The notes: a model not told the origin generated them from the sequence alone. A stretch of 64,000 bases of DNA from an uncultured virus (IMG/VR IMGVR_UViG_3300025803_002109) (IMGVR_UViG_3300025803_002109), one strand, 5' to 3'; shown: positions 18,748-30,145, numbered from the stretch's first letter. Numbers and translations: made by a program.

Positions 18748-18924
18748 CTAATAAAAATATGCCGACAAGAAAAATATTGTAGAGTGCAACGAAGTTAGCA
18801 TTAAGGTAGTCCATACTTCTTCATAATATGCGGAAGCCACTTCTGCTAAATGCAAAGTTCCGTAAATTACTAATCCAAATTGGGCTAATCTTCCTATGCT
18901 ATTACGAATGTTGAATTTACTCAT
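18748..18924 (-). CDS. Small membrane protein
   Basis: GGAG Shine-Dalgarno before ATG at 18924; two hydrophobic helices. Confidence 0.6.
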   Translation of the reverse strand: MSKFNIRNSIGRLAQFGLVIYGTLHLAEVASAYYEEVWTTLMLTSLHSTIFFLSAYFY

Positions 18925-18926
18925 CT

Positions 18927-19205
18927 TTAATTCTCCTTTATAGTTTCGTTCCAGGATTCTTCCCACTTCTTACTCATGGGGCTGACTAAACGATATCCAT
19001 TTGGTAACGACTTTACCTTATTATTAGTAATAGACACTACATCTCCTTCAAAGTTTTGTCGTATCCAGTCGTGAGCCGATTTAATTAGTTGTGGATCTAC
19101 ATTTTCACCCACTATTTCTAAATGAGCCATTAGTCCATTTTCACCCTCTGCAGTTATTCGTGTTGTAGGGGGCATTACTTCCATGTTCTGACCTTTAGGA
19201 TTCAT
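18927..19205 (-). CDS. Hypothetical protein
   Basis: TTATATAG 29 nt before ATG on the - strand. Confidence 0.7.
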   Translation of the reverse strand: MNPKGQNMEVMPPTTRITAEGENGLMAHLEIVGENVDPQLIKSAHDWIRQNFEGDVVSITNNKVKSLPNGYRLVSPMSKKWEESWNETIKEN

Positions 19206-19290
19206 GATACTGTTAGATCATGCTTCCTATATAACCTTTCCGGTCTTGAATACAGGAACCTTCATATAGTAAGCCTCCACAATATATACT

Positions 19291-19608
19291 ATGCCTTATC
19301 TTGTAGCAGATGAAAGATTGGATATCGAAGGTATCATTCCTCATTTGTCGAAAGCAATTTTAACTCCTGGAACAACTTTGCCAGGAAATATAAATTTTGC
19401 AGTTTCTTCATTAGTAAATGAAATTGTAGCGGATCGGGGTGAAAGTTATGCTTTGTATAACACCATATTGGGGGCTTTGGAATGTTCTAAGTTAGAAATA
19501 TACCGAAGAATGGTTTCACCTTATGAAGATAAAAAGCAAAAACAAAATGGTGATGTTTTTAAATCGGCGTTACCTCTCAGTCAAACGACTTTAAAAGATT
19601 TTAATTGA
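19291..19608 (+). CDS. DUF6899-like phage protein with C-terminal PIP-box-like tail
   Basis: GNINFAVS.L...SYALYN..LGALECSKLEIYRR.VSPYEDKK...NGDV; ends QTTLKDFN. Confidence 0.75.
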   Translation: MPYLVADERLDIEGIIPHLSKAILTPGTTLPGNINFAVSSLVNEIVADRGESYALYNTILGALECSKLEIYRRMVSPYEDKKQKQNGDVFKSALPLSQTTLKDFN

Positions 19609-19617
19609 AGTGATAAT

Positions 19618-19947
19618 ATGCCCTATGCAGACCCAGAAAAGAAAAAGGCTTACATGGCCAAATATAACAAACAATGGTATTCTCAAAATAAAGGAACCAG
19701 GAAATTAGTAGAACGAGCAGTTGATCGTAAGAAGTCACTGCGACAAAGAAAGAAAACTTGGTTGATATCAGCCTTGAGTTCTTGTGACTGTGATACTGAA
19801 AATGCAGAAGTTGTCATTAAAGACACCGACCAAAGAATACGTTGGGGTCCTAAAGATGATTCTGGAAATCCAAAAGCAATTTACGATTATTCATGGTCGG
19901 AATTACAAACCAACTTACCGAACTTCGAACTTCGATGTAATTGTTAA
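19618..19947 (+). CDS. Basic protein resembling a degenerate phage HNH protein
   Basis: MPYADPEKKKAY...WY N-terminus and terminal ELRCNC, but no HNH His/Asn core. Confidence 0.6.
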   Translation: MPYADPEKKKAYMAKYNKQWYSQNKGTRKLVERAVDRKKSLRQRKKTWLISALSSCDCDTENAEVVIKDTDQRIRWGPKDDSGNPKAIYDYSWSELQTNLPNFELRCNC

Positions 19948-19994
19948 TAATTTTAATGTGAAGCATTAAATAGCAATTCGATATAGTTCATTAT

Positions 19995-20987
19995 ATGGAT
20001 AGTCCTGCAGAAATCGTTGAGATGCAATCTCAACTACCAGTGTATGCTGCCTATACGCCAAATCTTTTACCTTCTACATTTTTTGTAGATGATGACGACT
20101 GGCGAGCAGATCCCTCTATGTGGGCTAATGATGACTTTACTTCTGCATTTGTAGAAAATTCCGGATTAGTAGCATCTGATCTGACAAATAATCTTCCAGT
20201 AACTGAATCTGAATTCCGAGCCGAAGATGAAAATTATATGGTTTCTAGTGATGCTCATAGACTTGACGAAGGCTCTGCGAACATTCAAAAAATAGTTAGT
20301 TCTGATGCATCCATTGATTATCCAGAATGGTGGAAATCTAAACTTACAGTAGCCGCTACAGAAGTTGATCAATTATCTGACTTTTTATCTTTCGTCACTT
20401 CTAATAAAACTATGTGGTCTGGATTTTCAGCAGAAAGTTCAGTAGCCGAACCAGAATTTACAGAAGAAGGATATCCGATAATGATAGAAGATATAGCATT
20501 TCCTGGATTGTCTTATGTATATTATGAATTACGCCCTGGAGTTGACGGATCCTCCGAAGAAATCGTTTATATTTTAAATCCTTTTACTGCAGACAGAGAA
20601 TCTTTAGAAGAAATTAATGCGGCTCTGGACAGTGGTTATTTAGAATTATACAAAGTTATACCAGTCAGTGAAATGGAAAAAGAATTTGCTGCCGAATATC
20701 GTCCTGGTTTGATCAAGGCTAAAAAATTAGATTTAATTCCTCCTGCAGAGATCACTGCTGGAAAGTTTTTAGGAATGGGAACTTGTTCTGGATGTAACAC
20801 TATGGACACGGAAATTTTCCAAGGAGTTCCTTATTCTCTCTGTGAATCTTGTTATGATGAAATGTATTTAGCACCTTGTAGCGTTTGTAATATAGAGGGT
20901 GACGTTCACGATATGTATTTAGATGAAGATATGGGCATTGAAGACGTATTGATTTGTGATGAGTGCATCGATAATTATGCTAAGTAA
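19995..20987 (+). CDS. Acidic modular protein with FxAE motifs and C-terminal Zn fingers
   Basis: TTAAATAG at 19966; FRAE, FSAE, FAAE; PEWWKSKL module; four CxxC. Confidence 0.8.
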   Translation: MDSPAEIVEMQSQLPVYAAYTPNLLPSTFFVDDDDWRADPSMWANDDFTSAFVENSGLVASDLTNNLPVTESEFRAEDENYMVSSDAHRLDEGSANIQKIVSSDASIDYPEWWKSKLTVAATEVDQLSDFLSFVTSNKTMWSGFSAESSVAEPEFTEEGYPIMIEDIAFPGLSYVYYELRPGVDGSSEEIVYILNPFTADRESLEEINAALDSGYLELYKVIPVSEMEKEFAAEYRPGLIKAKKLDLIPPAEITAGKFLGMGTCSGCNTMDTEIFQGVPYSLCESCYDEMYLAPCSVCNIEGDVHDMYLDEDMGIEDVLICDECIDNYAK

Positions 20988-21028
20988 CTATTTATAGGTA
21001 ATAACAGCAGAAACACTAATAGAGTGCT

Positions 21029-21568
21029 ATGAGTATTTCCCAAACTAAAAGTCCTACTTGGGTATCCGTAAACACCCCTCTTGGCCTCACTTACACTACC
21101 ATTCAGGTCTTGAATACAAATACTGGATTAACTAATGAATCTTTTTATGTTATGGGTAAAAATATCTGGAAGCCCATGGATTTAATAAATATTAATTCTG
21201 ATACGATTCAGTGTCACGGATTAAAAATAAATATATTAGAGTCAACTACACCTCCACAAACGATTCAGAAAATCAATGCTATGCAAGAAACTCAAAAAAC
21301 TTTTTTAAGTTCTATGTTATTTACTGTCCAAGAACAACATGATGTCGAAGCAAATATTGCCGAATTTTGTGTAGTCAATGATATAGATTTTGATTTTTGG
21401 GCTAATTATCTATCTGATACTCAAATTATTAGGTGGGCTACCGCCAGCCAAGATAATATTATGTCGGCTCAACAATACTTAAAAATATTCCACAATGATC
21501 CGGACGCAGCCCTAAAAATTATGAAAAACTTACGTAATTCTTTCGTAAAGGCATTACACCATGCTTAA
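21029..21568 (+). CDS. Hypothetical protein
   Basis: 179 aa ORF with upstream TTTATAG box. Confidence 0.7.
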   Translation: MSISQTKSPTWVSVNTPLGLTYTTIQVLNTNTGLTNESFYVMGKNIWKPMDLININSDTIQCHGLKINILESTTPPQTIQKINAMQETQKTFLSSMLFTVQEQHDVEANIAEFCVVNDIDFDFWANYLSDTQIIRWATASQDNIMSAQQYLKIFHNDPDAALKIMKNLRNSFVKALHHA

Positions 21569-21650
21569 TATTAAATAATTGAAACCATATAATATGTATT
21601 AGAGGGAACAGCGGGTTCCCTATGAATGCCAAGAAAAAAGAGAAATTAAT

Positions 21651-23288
<1,638 letters not shown>

Positions 23289-23303
23289 ATAATTACGTAA
23301 AAA

Positions 23304-23343
23304 GTTGAGTGGGGTGAGGGATCTCCTCCCTCGCCTCCTCAAC
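23304..23343 (+). terminator. Strong GC-rich hairpin after the GQ/TSP3 gene
   Basis: GTTGAG.GGGGTGAGGGA tctcc TCCCTCGCCTC.CTCAAC. Confidence 0.55.
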
Positions 23344-23384
23344 ACTCCAAAAGTTTTTTATAGTAACGCAACTTATCAAGAACT

Positions 23385-23663
23385 ATGGAGGAAAATCACA
23401 ATCCTTTCAAAAAGAATTCTAAAGATAAGGGAAAAAATTTAGGATTCGATATAATCCGTCCTGGTCAATCTAATTTTAATATTCCGGTGGCTCCGGCCGC
23501 CGACACTCCAGACTGGGTGCATAGACTTTCAAGTGCAAACCCCTCTGAAAAAGCCGAATCAAAGAATCAAGAGATTCTCGAAAATACCTTCAAAAAACTT
23601 CAAGAATCCTTATTAAATAATAACTCCAAAAAATACGAACCTTCAAGTAGCAAGCAAGAATAA
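23385..23663 (+). CDS. Hypothetical hydrophilic protein
   Basis: TTTTATAG about 29 nt before ATG. Confidence 0.7.
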   Translation: MEENHNPFKKNSKDKGKNLGFDIIRPGQSNFNIPVAPAADTPDWVHRLSSANPSEKAESKNQEILENTFKKLQESLLNNNSKKYEPSSSKQE

Positions 23664-23682
23664 AATAAATTGGTGATAATTC

Positions 23683-24189
23683 TTGGCAGTTCGCAGACAA
23701 GTTTATGAATGGTTAGTTCAAGATTTAGGTCAATTACCACCTAAACGATTAGATCAATTAACTAGACCGCAATCTATCTTTTACTCTCAAATAGGCAATG
23801 CTACTCTTAAAAATCGTCAACGAACCTCAGACGATGAATTTATTGTTATTCAGTATTTCGGATCTACTCCTGGAATTTGGCCGCAAGGGGCTACCGGATT
23901 ATATGCTACTGGAAATAATTGGGTTCCGGGAGGATACGTTAATTTTATTATCGATACCACTACTTATTTTCAAAATCCAGATGATCTTCCTGGTGTAGGA
24001 CTTTCTGGAACGGCACAACCATTTCCAATATCTACTAACTATTCTCCTGCATTTGTAGGATCCTGGGATTTAGAAATTCCTCCTGATACTAATTGGGATA
24101 TAACTTATTTCGTTTCCAATGGTTTTGTAGATCCAGTAGAGGATTTTCCTTTGACCCCCGTTAGGTCATGGGTTACCAGAATAGTTTGA
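23683..24189 (+). CDS. Beta-rich hypothetical protein (possibly structural)
   Basis: GGTGA Shine-Dalgarno before TTG; aromatic/Pro/Gly-rich. Confidence 0.75.
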   Translation: MAVRRQVYEWLVQDLGQLPPKRLDQLTRPQSIFYSQIGNATLKNRQRTSDDEFIVIQYFGSTPGIWPQGATGLYATGNNWVPGGYVNFIIDTTTYFQNPDDLPGVGLSGTAQPFPISTNYSPAFVGSWDLEIPPDTNWDITYFVSNGFVDPVEDFPLTPVRSWVTRIV

Positions 24190-24206
24190 ATGGAGGTCTT
24201 GAATAC

Positions 24207-27107
24207 ATGGGTTTAGCGTTTCGTTTGAATACCAGCAACTATCCTTGGTTTCAAAATTTAGAAAATTGGTTAGATGCTTCCGGAGTTGCCGCCGGAACAT
24301 TAACTGATGTTAATGCTAATGGAACTCGTTTGAAAGGTTATGGATATGTAGGAGCCCCCGTAAATACTGGACCGACAGTAGATCAAGGAATTTGTATCGC
24401 TCCCACAGGAGAATATATTATAAGAGATGGAATTTATATTAATGGAGTTTGGATAGTAGTAGGTTCTTATCGTTGTTATGTTTCTTCGAACGGAGCCGGA
24501 GTATTACCTACTCGAGATGGATATGCTTGGGATGGATTTATTTTATTACATCGTGGCTACTCTAATATTAATAGACCCGTAGGAGAAATAACTACTGCTG
24601 ATTTACCAGACCCTTCTATGTATTCTTTTATTCCTATGAGGATGCCCTTAGATACTTTATCAGATCCCGCTACTCAATGGGATGATCCCGATGTAGGATT
24701 ATATTCTATTGATTTCATTAGATATAATGGAGAGGCTAACGAAGTATTAGCCACACAAGATGGATTAGCGTTTTGGGTAACCGGCCATAGTAACATTGAC
24801 CCTACTCTATATCCCGCTTATGGATTAGTGCAGCCTCCAACTTCATTAGATACTTGTGCCCATATATCTTCTTGGTATTTTGATCCAGATAATTTATCGG
24901 GTCGAACTAATAGAGAAACTCCACTCACTTACACTTTATCTCAACAAGATTCCGGAGTATTTTCATTATATGCGGATTACTTTACTCCTCAAGATCCGAC
25001 ACTATCACAATATTTCTCTCGACCTTATGGAATTGAAAAATATGTTGCCGTTACTACCGATGCCATAAATGGTGTCGCTCCTCCAGATTATTCTTTTATT
25101 AATTTTAATAATGGTATGTTGCCCGATGGAACTGGTGGTGGAGCCCCTGGTCCAGATAGAAATGCAGTCAATCGTGGTTATTGGCCTATGAAAGCCTTTG
25201 GAGTAAATGCTTTAGGTAGTGACAATCCAGCCATTCTAAATCAAGGTATGGCATACGTTTCAGGAACTGTGGGGTTGCTGAATGCGGCGGGCACAGAAAT
25301 TGAAAACACTTGTCCGATGATAATATCTAGCATTATTACTGGTAATCTTCCTACTGCAGATCCTGCAGCATATTACTTTAATATGAGTCCGGCTCATGCC
25401 TGTCCTTTTCAAGCCTATACGGATCCTTTCCGAAAAATTTGGTTTAATGAAATTACTAGAGGGTCACCACCGGCAACACCCCCTTACTATAATTTATTAG
25501 GTGCGAACGCTATTTTTACTAATCCTCCCGCTGAAAATATAGATCCACAATTTGCCGCCGTTCAAATAACACCAATAATTATTGGAGTAAATAATATAGA
25601 TGTGGCCGGAGTTATTTGTGCGGGCACTTATACTTATTATTCGGTTACTGGTTCGGGAGACATTCCAGTAGCCTTCGTTTGGCAAGTTCGTAGTGGTGGT
25701 TGGGAAACTGATACTGGAATACTTTGTCCTACTGATTGGGAAACTATCGGCCGACAATATTCTACTTTTACTATTGCCGAAGAAGATATTGCTTACAATA
25801 CTACTGGAACAACTTTATGGGATATCGATCATCAAGAAACTGTAGGATATGCGGGCAATTGGCAACGTCTGCCTCCCAACGCTAACAATTCCGGAACGCC
25901 TTCTCGATTAGGATTTGGAATTTTTGGTGGCTATTCTGGAGTTACTGGAACTGGAGCCGCTGCGTGGGTTTATGATAGCACCGCTACTTCAGGTGCCGCC
26001 ACCGCTACTGGATTCGATTGTGAAAGTATTTTGAATAATATTGGATCCGATATTGAAGCCGGAGTTATTGGAGGTGTGGCCGCCGACTTTAATTTAATTT
26101 CCTGCCAATGGGACAATGACCGAGATCAATGGCTAATGTTAGGAAGTGATACTACTAACGGAGTTAAAATCATTTCTTCGGATTCTATCTTTTCAACTTT
26201 CTTAGATCAGACTGCAAATTTCCAAGGATTCCCGGCTACTTCTACTTCTGCGAATTATACTCCTATTTCTATGAGTAATTCTTTAGACGGTTTCGTATCT
26301 TTTGGTCGCACTTCTACGAGTGTGATCGGTTCTCGAAATGGAACTTTAACTACTGCTCCTACTGGAACAGCCAATAGAAACTTAACTAATACTTTGGGAA
26401 ATTTTATTTATGATCAATCTTTAGGAACTACTCTTCCCGTAGTTAGAATAGATGGAAGCACCGGCAGAAATGCTCAAGTGTGGGTAGATTATATTTTGTT
26501 TGATGGAAATGATTCTTTGATTGCTTCAACTTTGAAATCTTGGGGAATTAAAGTTACGGTAGAAAATGTAGAATGGTTCAAGGCTCGTTTGTTAGTCGGA
26601 GGAGACATCAAGGCTACTGCCGAAGAAATTGAAAATTGGGTAGAGGCTCAAGGAGCAGAATATCGAGAAATGCTAAAATATAAAGAGCGTCAAGGTAGAC
26701 TCCGCCGCCGCCGAAAACAAGTTTCTGGATACATGAGAGAAATCGAAGATAAACTTGGACCTATGACTATTGATACTGAACAATTAGCCGATTGGGTTCC
26801 TAGAGGAAGTTCCGCTTCACTTCGCAAACGTGAATCTGGTGGAGCATTAATTACACCCCCACCAACTTCCGTTGAGGCTATGGTAGAACGTGATACTAGA
26901 GTAGGTGGCACTCCTTCTGGAAATCAATTGCCAGGAGATATTCCGGCTGAAGAACCCGGAACTCCGGCTGGTTCAGATCTACAAACTATCGCTAGCCCAA
27001 CGGGTTCTAAGAAAGAGCCTGGAGAGTCTCGAGATCCAGACGAATCATTGGACGAATCCTATGCTGCCGAATCAGAAAAATCTAAATCTGAATCCGACCG
27101 GTCTTGA
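24207..27107 (+). CDS. Large beta-rich protein with basic helical and acidic C-terminal regions (possibly structural)
   Basis: ORF open from 24168, but GGAGG Shine-Dalgarno favours ATG 24207; T/G/N/P-rich body; RLRRRRK patch. Confidence 0.8.
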   Translation: MGLAFRLNTSNYPWFQNLENWLDASGVAAGTLTDVNANGTRLKGYGYVGAPVNTGPTVDQGICIAPTGEYIIRDGIYINGVWIVVGSYRCYVSSNGAGVLPTRDGYAWDGFILLHRGYSNINRPVGEITTADLPDPSMYSFIPMRMPLDTLSDPATQWDDPDVGLYSIDFIRYNGEANEVLATQDGLAFWVTGHSNIDPTLYPAYGLVQPPTSLDTCAHISSWYFDPDNLSGRTNRETPLTYTLSQQDSGVFSLYADYFTPQDPTLSQYFSRPYGIEKYVAVTTDAINGVAPPDYSFINFNNGMLPDGTGGGAPGPDRNAVNRGYWPMKAFGVNALGSDNPAILNQGMAYVSGTVGLLNAAGTEIENTCPMIISSIITGNLPTADPAAYYFNMSPAHACPFQAYTDPFRKIWFNEITRGSPPATPPYYNLLGANAIFTNPPAENIDPQFAAVQITPIIIGVNNIDVAGVICAGTYTYYSVTGSGDIPVAFVWQVRSGGWETDTGILCPTDWETIGRQYSTFTIAEEDIAYNTTGTTLWDIDHQETVGYAGNWQRLPPNANNSGTPSRLGFGIFGGYSGVTGTGAAAWVYDSTATSGAATATGFDCESILNNIGSDIEAGVIGGVAADFNLISCQWDNDRDQWLMLGSDTTNGVKIISSDSIFSTFLDQTANFQGFPATSTSANYTPISMSNSLDGFVSFGRTSTSVIGSRNGTLTTAPTGTANRNLTNTLGNFIYDQSLGTTLPVVRIDGSTGRNAQVWVDYILFDGNDSLIASTLKSWGIKVTVENVEWFKARLLVGGDIKATAEEIENWVEAQGAEYREMLKYKERQGRLRRRRKQVSGYMREIEDKLGPMTIDTEQLADWVPRGSSASLRKRESGGALITPPPTSVEAMVERDTRVGGTPSGNQLPGDIPAEEPGTPAGSDLQTIASPTGSKKEPGESRDPDESLDESYAAESEKSKSESDRS

Positions 27108-27164
27108 AGACAGAATACTTTAAGTAGTTGTAAATTCAAATAACTAATCCAAGGAGGTATCCTT

Positions 27165-27611
27165 GTGCCGACATATGAGGAATTTAGACAAATAATTACT
27201 TTGCCTTATTCACCCGTTATTTCTACCTATCAGACTGCTACTATACCTTCTGGAATCGAATTACAAGAATTAATGATTTCTCCTGGATCCGATGCCATTA
27301 CAGATACCTTTTTAACTATTTTAATAGACAATGAAGTCTTATTTTCAGGTAAAATACCTACCTCTGGATTCAAAATAGACATTTTAGATAGCCATAGTTC
27401 TGATAAATCACTGCCTTTACCCCGTAGAATGACTGTTTTTTCTTCTCCAGAATCAGAATTAGATAATATTTTAGATAAAGGGCAATCATTTCGTCAAATT
27501 GGTGACGCTACCGGTGAAATTATATTAAATTTCATCGGAATGTGGAGACATCCCGTCATTCATACCCATTATTCTGAGTATGATCAGAGATTTGGAATAG
27601 AATATGCGTAA
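27165..27611 (+). CDS. Hypothetical beta-rich protein
   Basis: AGGAGGT Shine-Dalgarno before GTG. Confidence 0.75.
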   Translation: MPTYEEFRQIITLPYSPVISTYQTATIPSGIELQELMISPGSDAITDTFLTILIDNEVLFSGKIPTSGFKIDILDSHSSDKSLPLPRRMTVFSSPESELDNILDKGQSFRQIGDATGEIILNFIGMWRHPVIHTHYSEYDQRFGIEYA

Positions 27612-27644
27612 TCTTTAAATAATTAAACTAACTATATTATTACT

Positions 27645-27758
27645 GGCCTGAAGGTAAGCAATTACCAATGAGGAGTTAAAGACACACTTCTTGCTTTTTC
27701 GTGTTTCTTCCTCGTAGGGTGGCCTCCGATGCAATAACATCGGCAACTCCTCCCCTAC
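27645..27758 (+). ncRNA. Candidate structured ncRNA of about 115 nt
   Basis: TTAAATAA at 27615 predicts a start at G27645; stems GGTAA/TTACC, GAGGAG/TTCCTC (or GAGGAGTT/AACTCCTC), GACAC/GTGTT, CCGATG/CATCGG, GTAGGG/CCCTAC; no ORF. Confidence 0.5.
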
Positions 27759-27760
27759 AT

Positions 27761-27794
27761 TTAAATTAAATTAAATTAAATTAAATTAAATTAA
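27761..27794. repeat. (TTAAA)n pentanucleotide tandem repeat
   Basis: Six full units plus TTAA; shorter AATTA tracts follow several other genes. Confidence 0.9.
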
Positions 27795-27847
27795 TCTGCA
27801 ATTCAGATGTATTAAATACTAAGACTTATTAAAGTAATCCATCAAGG

Positions 27848-29092
27848 TTGACTATTACTATGGCCTCACTAATTTTATTTACTGGAAAAGGAGGAGTGGG
27901 TAAAACCACCGTATCTTCTGCTACTGCCTTACACTATGCTAGTCTTGGAAAGAAAACAATTTTAATTTCTACCGATCCTGCTCATAGCACAGACGATACA
28001 TTAGGAGTTACATTAGGTTCGGATAAAATTGTGCCCGTTGCCCCCAATTTTTGGGCTAAAAATATTAATTCCGAAGCCGCCGCATCTAGATTTGCCGAAA
28101 CTCTGAAACAAGGTATGGAAAAACTTTTTGGAAATTCTATTCCTGGCTTTGATCCTGAAATCTTTTCTGACATGGCTACCTTTCCAGGAATGGATGAATA
28201 TTTTGCCTTAGATGAAATTCTAAAGTTAGTGCAATCCACTGATTATGATATCGTAGTTTTCGATACGGCTCCTACTGGACACACTTTGAAAGCCTTGAAT
28301 GCTCCCGCTGCAATTAGAACATTTATTTTGCGTATTCTTCGAATGCGAGCCAAGATTGAATCTATCAAAGGAATTTTTAAGGCTCGAGATAATACCGTTC
28401 CAGAACTAATAAATAATTTGGAACAAATTTGTGAAAAGGTAGAGAGATTAACTTATATTTTAAGAAATCCCGAGTTTGTATCCGTAAACTTAGTTAGCAT
28501 ACCTACGGAATCCGGATATCAAGAGTGTGCCCGAACTATAAACTTTTTAGAAAGAATGAATATTCCCATAAATAATATAGTAGTCAACAATGTCATGCCT
28601 AACTTTGGAAAATCAGAATGGGAAGCCGCTAACGAACACCCTAGTATTCAATTAGTTAAAAGACATTATGATTCTCAACAACCTCACTTATCCAACTTCA
28701 AAAAGTTGTGCCAAGAACATCAATTAAAATTAGTAGGAATGAGTTTGTTACCTTTCGAACCACGAGCGGAAAAATTAAAAGATTATGCAGACATACTTTT
28801 TAGATCACCATCTAACGGAGGCTTCGACTGGAATCCGAAGCCTATTTTTGATGGCGATAGTTCGGAAGATCTAGTTCGCATGAATTTACCCTACATCGGA
28901 AAACTCGAAAAATCAGATTGGAAAAATTTAGGTTCTGATGGAACTAGTCCTGGATATTCATTTGGTAGTTTTCAATTCGGAAACACTTGGGACGGTATCT
29001 ATCGAATAGATGAAAGTATTTTGGATCCAAATGCTACGTATATTAAAAGAAAAACTGGAGAACACACAGTTACCTTTAGTAAAGTAAATTAA
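27848..29092 (+). CDS. ArsA/Get3 (TRC40)-family ATPase, single domain, with probable C-terminal alpha-crystallin-like domain
   Basis: GKGGVGKTT, STDPAHS, PGMDE, FDTAPTGHT, VVNN; helical insert after DTAPTGH; C-terminal extension of about 85 aa; start probably ATG 27860. Confidence 0.9.
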   Translation: MTITMASLILFTGKGGVGKTTVSSATALHYASLGKKTILISTDPAHSTDDTLGVTLGSDKIVPVAPNFWAKNINSEAAASRFAETLKQGMEKLFGNSIPGFDPEIFSDMATFPGMDEYFALDEILKLVQSTDYDIVVFDTAPTGHTLKALNAPAAIRTFILRILRMRAKIESIKGIFKARDNTVPELINNLEQICEKVERLTYILRNPEFVSVNLVSIPTESGYQECARTINFLERMNIPINNIVVNNVMPNFGKSEWEAANEHPSIQLVKRHYDSQQPHLSNFKKLCQEHQLKLVGMSLLPFEPRAEKLKDYADILFRSPSNGGFDWNPKPIFDGDSSEDLVRMNLPYIGKLEKSDWKNLGSDGTSPGYSFGSFQFGNTWDGIYRIDESILDPNATYIKRKTGEHTVTFSKVN

Positions 29093-29303
29093 ATTATATT
29101 AAATTGGAAAATAAATTTAATTAGTTCAGATACTGATGACGATGATGCCGATGATGCTGATGATGCCGATGGATTAATTCTCCATAATACTTATATAGGT
29201 AATCCCAGTCTACTAGAATCAGTGAAAGTGGTGCACTCACGAACTTCCCCATCCCGCACCAATTAAATTAAATTAAACCCAATTCTACGCCCTCATTATA
29301 ACT

Positions 29304-29320
29304 GAGGAAGTAAGGAGGGT
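29304..29320 (+). repeat. 17-bp element GAGGAAGTAAGGAGGGT, copy 2 of 4
   Basis: Exact match; intergenic. Confidence 0.9.
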
Positions 29321-29338
29321 CTTTGAGCCTACGGAGAT

Positions 29339-29512
29339 ATGATTATGGAAACTGATACTCTATTATTAATTGTGGCTGCACTGGGAACTATTCAAGCAAT
29401 TCATGGATTGGGGTTTCTATATGTTTTACGTTGGATGCTCTGGAGAAATCAACAGTTGACATTATTATTGACAGAATATTATAGTAAAATAAAACCTGAA
29501 AAGGAAGACTAA
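29339..29512 (+). CDS. 57-aa membrane protein (not in ORF track)
   Basis: MIMETDTLLLIVAALGTIQAIHGLGFLYVLRW...; GGAG upstream. Confidence 0.55.
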   Translation: MIMETDTLLLIVAALGTIQAIHGLGFLYVLRWMLWRNQQLTLLLTEYYSKIKPEKED

Positions 29513-29543
29513 TATTATATAGTCGTGATATTTAATAATAAAT

Positions 29544-30110
29544 ATGACTTTCGGACATGATGTTTTTCAGAGAGGATTTGCTGCGGAAGTTTTGTTTCGT
29601 GCATCAGACGATCACGCAGAAATATCTTATCGATCACACAGTAAAAATACAATTGGAGGTAAAGTAGTTTGTAAAGAACTTACTAGTCCTTATAATGTAA
29701 CCTATTCTTCTGGAGGTTCAAAGTCTGGAATGAAGGCACAAAATTACAGAACATTAGAGGATGCAAAGACTGCTGCCGAGAAATATGACTTAACAGGAAA
29801 ATGGGTCTATCTAGGTGATTTATCTCCATCTTTGGATGACTGTAGTAATGATGTCGAAAAAACATGCCCAGAGGGACAAGTTCGTAAATTTAATACTGCG
29901 ACTGATACCTGGGAATGTGCTCCCGTAGAAAATGGTGATGATGTTATGGGATGCATGGATTCTGATGCAAATAACTACGACTCAAAAGCGACTGTAGATG
30001 ACGGCTCTTGTAAGTATGATGAAACTGGTGGAGATGATGAAGAAGGCAGTAATCTAAATACTATATTCTTAGTGGCTGCTGTAGCCGTAATAGGCTCTAT
30101 GTTTATCTAA
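29544..30110 (+). CDS. Tail-anchored protein with GCMD...NY...DDGSC module
   Basis: TTATATAG at 29515; GCMDSDANNYDSKATVDDGSCKY; C-terminal IFLVAAVAVIGSMFI. Confidence 0.8.
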   Translation: MTFGHDVFQRGFAAEVLFRASDDHAEISYRSHSKNTIGGKVVCKELTSPYNVTYSSGGSKSGMKAQNYRTLEDAKTAAEKYDLTGKWVYLGDLSPSLDDCSNDVEKTCPEGQVRKFNTATDTWECAPVENGDDVMGCMDSDANNYDSKATVDDGSCKYDETGGDDEEGSNLNTIFLVAAVAVIGSMFI

Positions 30111-30145
30111 GTATTTTACAAAATAATAAATAGTAGTTCAATAAA

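Noticed and set aside
19618..19947. Active HNH homing endonuclease
   Set aside because: The N-terminus is typical but the catalytic His/Asn residues are not visible.
27645..27758. HDV-like or hammerhead ribozyme (5' GGCC, TTCCTCG, terminal hairpin plus CAA)
   Set aside because: I could not build a full P1 or the P2-P3 adjacency of the HDV fold, and there is no CUGANGA/GAAA core. Kept only as an unassigned RNA.
27848..29092. Arsenic resistance (arsA)
   Set aside because: Single ATPase domain and no arsB, acr3, arsC, arsD or arsR nearby.
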